Positions 59,307 to 64,000 of a DNA stretch of 64,000 bases are shown here, piece by piece. The notes beneath the pieces are model-generated. The model was not told the DNA's origin and ran no database searches. It saw nothing but the letters and a program-made list of their open reading frames with translations. The position numbers were made by a program, and so were the translations under genes. Within the stretch, counting starts at the first letter, position 1. Each line of letters opens with the position of its first letter. The stretch comes from Leucoraja ocellata. Taxonomy: Eukaryota. The DNA is taken from the NCBI GenBank assembly GCA_036785375.1, contig JAWMAR010000070.1, positions 4,588,001 to 4,652,000 of the forward strand, given 5' to 3'.

Positions 59307-62300
59307 TGAGTCAAGAGAGTTTTATTGTCTTAGAGTATATACTTGCAGCAGCACAACAGAGTAATATACATGAATTCCTTTATCTTTTGTACTCACTGAG
59401 AATGCAAGTTGGAGGTAGGAGAGGAAGGTAATGTAGATGTGGTTGTGTAAAAGGCACTGAATGTTTTGTATCTGAGGGCATCAACCCCAGGACATGTGCA
59501 ACCAAAGTTGGCCAATTTGTAATTAAAATAATTGGTTCTGAAAACAATCCCAAAGTCCATGTGAAATGTTCCCGTCTACAACGTCCCTCCCCAGTAAATG
59601 AGCACATGACCTACGAGCACCACAGTGCCAACTGGTAGAGTACGTCACTGCCTGAACTGCACATTTCTGGGTGAGATCCGAAAACAAGAAGATTCAACTG
59701 TCATGACCACAGAAACCATCCCACAAAAAAAGGCCATTTATGTAGCAGAAGTAAGTTCGATTGGAAATTCTGGTCTTAGCAGCATTGCTACAGGACCTCT
59801 TCTCAACTCTAGAGGTACTCTGTTCGAAATATGCAAAACTCTTACTGGGCAGAAGAGTGCAGGAGAAGGGATGAGGTTTTCTTTGGCTCAATTGTCCAGA
59901 CGCAGTGAGGAGGTGTAAGTTGGGCTGAAGGGCCTGTTTCTGCGTTGTATTGCTCTATGACTACAATACAATCTAGCCTGGGAACAATTGTTTCTTAGAT
60001 ATTAAAGGACCTATGGAAATAGAACTAGCACTGGATATTGACATGATGGATAAGCTATGATTTCAATGCATAAAGGACAAATGGGGACTGACATATTTGT
60101 TCATTAATTTGTTGACCCTACAATACATATTCATTTGTTATGAACACATTTCCAGTCAATGTACAAACACATCAAAGGCCAACGTGCCATGGAATGAAAC
60201 ATTGAGTGTGAGCTGCATCTGGCTGTGGTTTACGTGCTTCCTGGCTGAGCAAAACACAAAAAGGAAATGGACAGATGACATTTCAGGTCACGACCCTACT
60301 TCAGACTTTTCTCAGAATATGACTGCAGCAGAAAGCCACAAACAAACAATGTTCATAGGTTCATAAGTTCGAAGTGCAGAATTAGGCCTTTCGGCCCATC
60401 AAGTCTACCATTCAATCATGGCTGATGTATTTTCTCCTGCCTTCTCCCCATAACCCCTAACACCCCCTCTAATCAGGAATCTGTCAATCTCTGCCTAACA
60501 ATATTCATTGACTTGGCTTCCACAAATTCACCATCCTTTGACTAAAGAAATTTGGCCCATATCTCTGTAAACCCATCCTGTCCAGATTCCCCCAGGTTCC
60601 TATTAAATCTTTCCCCCTCACTATAAACCTATGTCCCCTGGCTCTCAAACTATGTCCCCAGATTCTCAAGTATCCAGTAAGAACATGTAGAGTATAAGAA
60701 TGTTAGCTCAGGGAGAGCACCTTGCCCTGGCAGGTCAGTGGGTTTCAGGTAGAACGCAGTGGCACAATGGTAGAGCTGCTGCCTTTCAGCGCCAGAGACC
60801 CAGGTTCAATGCTGACTTCGGGTGCTGTCTGTATGGAGTTTGTACGTTCTCCCTGTGTCCGCATGGGTTTTCACTGGGTGCTCCGGTTTCCTCCCACACT
60901 CCAAAGACGTACAGGTTTGTAGGTTAATCTGCTCAGTAAATTGTATACGGGGTGAACACTGGTTGGCATGGTCTCAGTGGGCCGAAGAGCCTGTTTCCAT
61001 GCTGTATCTATAAAGTTTTCTTGCCAATTGCTCACTACAGAAATAGATGGATAACAGTTTTGTCCAGAGCACAGCTGCCTTGTGTAGCTCTGTGGTTGTG
61101 CAACACAATGCAATGCAAAAAGGATCTGACTTTGGAGCCCTTCCCACCAACACACAAGGAAGGATGTTCACAGTCGGCTTGCAAAATCATCGGGGAGGAA
61201 GTACCTTAGACTTAACCCTGCGGTTTGCTTGCTAGTTTGCAGGCATGCAGCTCCCATGGTGCTAACCAGAGTTCAATCCTTGTTCTTGCCTGCAAGGTAA
61301 GTTGAAGGATATGTCAGACAATCACAGGTAGAGCCGCTACCTCACAGCATCCGAGTCCCGGGTTCGATCCTGACCTTGTGTGCTGTCTGTGTGGAGTTCG
61401 CACGTTCTCTGTGTACCATGTTCGTTTCCTCCGGGTGTGCGTATTTCCTCCCACATCCCAAAGACGTGTGGATTTGTAGGTTAATTGGCCCTCTGCAAAT
61501 TCACCCTCGTGGGTAGAGTGGATGCGAAAGTGGTCGGTGTGGACTTGGTTGTCCGCTGGGCCTTTTCCATGCTGTATCGCTCTATAAATGAGTTTACCGA
61601 GTGCAGTTTAATGTGCATTGTGATATTTAGATGATCTTAAATTGTTGGTGGGAGGAAGATGATAATTTACACAAGAGACATCTGGAACAGCCAACACACT
61701 GGATGGAAATGCATTTCGGTAACAGATGGGATGAGACAGTGATGAAAGACTAATACATGGGAGACTGTGTTGACTATGAGAATGATCATTAGCGCAGGCC
61801 TTGAGCCCAGAGATAAATATAATCCAAACTTTATGTATAAGAAGGAACTGCAGATGCTGATTTTAATCAAAGATAGACACAAAATGCTGGAGTAACTCAG
61901 TGGGAGAAGCAGCATCTTTGGAGATTCCTCCCCTCTAGAGTTGCTGCCTATCCTGCTGAGTTACTCCAGCATTTTGTGCCTATCCAAGCTTTATGTAGTC
62001 TGGTTTACTGGCATTCCATACAGCTGTACCTGCAGTAATCATGCAATTAATTGCTGCGACATTAACAACACCAAGAGTGAATATATTTTGAATTTAGCTT
62101 TTATTTTGACATGTGCCTGTGATGCTGCTGTAAGTAAGATTTTCATTGTACCTGTGCTTCGCTGTTCTTGTGCACATCACAATACATTTGGCTTGACTTG
62201 GCTGTTAGGGGTGGGACAGTGGAGCAGCGGTAGAGCTGCTGCCTCACAGCGCCAGAGACCTAGATTCAATCCCGACTATGGGTGCTGTCTGTGTAGAGTT

Positions 62301-62779
62301 TGTACATTCTCCCTGCGACTGCATGGGTTTCCTCCGGGTGCTCCGGTTTCCTCCCACATCCCAAAGACGTACAGGTTTGTAGATTGATCACCTTTGGTAA
62401 GAAAAATTGTAAACTGTTTCTAGAGTGTAGAATGGTGCTAGTGTACGGGGTGATCGCTGGTCGGTGCGGATTCAGTGGGCCAAAGGGCCTGTTTCCACAA
62501 GTATCTCCAAAAGTAAAAAATAAAAAAATAAAAGGCTGGACTACTTTCATCAGTCAATGAAAATTGGATTACTTTTATTTTACACTCCAAAGACGTACAG
62601 GTATGTAGGTAAATTGGCTTGGTAAAAGTAAAAAAAAACTGTTCCTAGTGTGTGTAGGATAGTGTTAATGTGCAAGGATTGCTGATCGGCATGGACTCGG
62701 TGGGCTGAAGGGCCTGTTTACTAAACTAATCAGAACTAAATTTAACTGACTAAACAGAACTAAATCTAACTTTGATTAA

Positions 62780-63175
62780 ACACCTCCGAACACCTCCGCT
62801 CGGTCCACAAGAACCTACCTGACATCCCGTGGCTCAGCACTTCAACTTCCCCTCCCATTCCCATTCCGACCTCTCTGTCCTGGGTCTCCTCCATTGCCAG
62901 AGTGAGCAACACCGGAAATTGGAGGAACAGCACCTCATATTTCGCTTGGGGAGTCTGCATCCTGCGGGCATGAACATCGAATTTTCCCAATTTTGTCAGC
63001 CCTTGCTGTCTCCTCCCATCCCCCAGCCCTCGGACTCCTCCTCCTCCTTTTTCCTTCCTTCTCCCCGCCACCCCCTATCAGTCTGAAGAAGGGTTACTGC
63101 CCGAAACGTTGCCTATTTCCTTCGCTCCATAGATGCTGCTGCACCCGCTGAGTTTCTCCACCATTTTTGTGTACC
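62780..63175 (+). mobile_element. Penelope-like element 3' fragment directly upstream of the gene D leader
   Basis: EHLRSV...VAQHFNFPSHSHSDLSVLGLLHC...HLIFRLGSLHPAGMNIEFSQF; hammerhead motif at 63083-63110. Confidence 0.85.
63083..63110 (+). ncRNA. Minimal hammerhead ribozyme-like motif (others at 44775-44802 +, 51174-51201 -, 51644-51671 -, 55507-55534 -)
   Basis: CTGAAGA-A-GGGT(TACT)GCCC-GAAAC-GTT. Confidence 0.55.
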
Positions 63176-63347
63176 TTAAATTTAACTGAGACAACTTCAA
63201 ATTCTAAAGTTTCATATTTTATCATCAGTCTCATTCTGGTTTCACAATCAGGTTTCCTGTTCTCTTCTTCCTCATTCTTAATACATGCCATATTTGACAG
63301 ACTGTTCAGTCTGAGGACTAAGAGCTGAGCAGCAGGTCAGTGCTAAC

Positions 63348-63405
63348 ATGGTCTCCTTGGATAAAACTATGTGGATTCCAATGCTGCTCATTTATTCCAT
63401 GCCCG
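63348..63405 (+). CDS. Gene D leader exon (MVSLDKTMWIPMLLIYSMP); divergent paralog, remainder beyond the window
   Basis: Homologous to the B/C leader (DKTMWIP.LLI.S.P); phase-1 donor G|gtaagt; not in the ORF track. Confidence 0.8.
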
Positions 63406-64000
63406 GTAAGTAACAGCTTGATTTGGACGGTCATGTGACCAGACTCTACGGGAAGTACGAGATAATCACAAAGTGCTGGAGTAACTCAGCGGGACAGCCT
63501 GAAGAAAAGTCTCGACCCGAAATGTCACCCATACCTTCTATCCAGTGATGCTGCCTGTCCCTCTGAGTTACTACAGCATTTTGTGTCTATCTTTGGTGTA
63601 AACCAGCATCTGCAGTTCCTTCCTTTACATATGTTGGAAATACTTAGCAGGTGTGCCGAGAAAAAGAGTTACCCTTTTAGATCAGAGATCCTTTGACCTA
63701 AAACCTAACTCTATCTCTCCCCACAGATGCGCCCTGACCACCTGATTATTTTTTTGTTTTCGTGTTAGATTTTGTTAACCTCCATAGTTTTATTTTGATA
63801 TTCATTTTGGTGACCAGAATGTATCTGGGTCTTGTGTACCATTTCTGCAGTGGAGATAGTTAAATGCTTGCAGATGTAAAGATAACTGAACAATATTGGG
63901 GCGTGGATCAAGAAAGAGGAACTCAGCGGGTCAGCCAGCATCTGTGAATGTGAAGAGGACCCTGTATCGGGACTGAGCAAGGGAGGCAGGAAAGGTTGAA

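Noticed and set aside
1-64000. CRISPR arrays, operons or other prokaryotic systems
   Set aside because: The sequence is vertebrate, with spliceosomal introns and SINE/LINE repeats; no repeat-spacer array was seen.

Overview
Eukaryotic, intron-containing genomic DNA, most likely from a cartilaginous fish (skate or ray). This is inferred from HE1/V-SINE-like, CR1/HER1-like, Rex1-like and Penelope-like repeats and from the receptor type. The window is a tandem, + strand cluster of CD300/pIgR/TREM-like immune-type receptor genes, probably related to the skate MDIR family. Gene A is present from a C2 exon onward and ends at 7966. Gene B is complete (14139-30786): leader-(V-C2)x5-stalk-TM-cytoplasmic, about 1220 aa. 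Gene C is complete (36953-56391): leader-(V-C2)x3-stalk-TM-cytoplasmic, about 799 aa. The leader exon of a divergent gene D lies at 63348-63405. All exon models were built by hand from GT/AG sites and have consistent phases. A, B and C have an uncharged TM and an ITIM-bearing tail. Ectodomain length varies through gain or loss of V-C2 units, and chimeric exons and a strongly divergent N-terminal V domain are present. Less obvious items: a decayed antisense ITIM exon inside the same intron of each gene; an ERV LTR with a tRNA-Ser PBS between genes; several Penelope-type minimal hammerhead ribozyme motifs, including a 205-bp palindrome; a perfect 35-bp fold-back at a deletion junction; and a 32-bp copy of the leader exon at a LINE junction. 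Repeat family names and repeat boundaries come from recognition, not database search, and are approximate.
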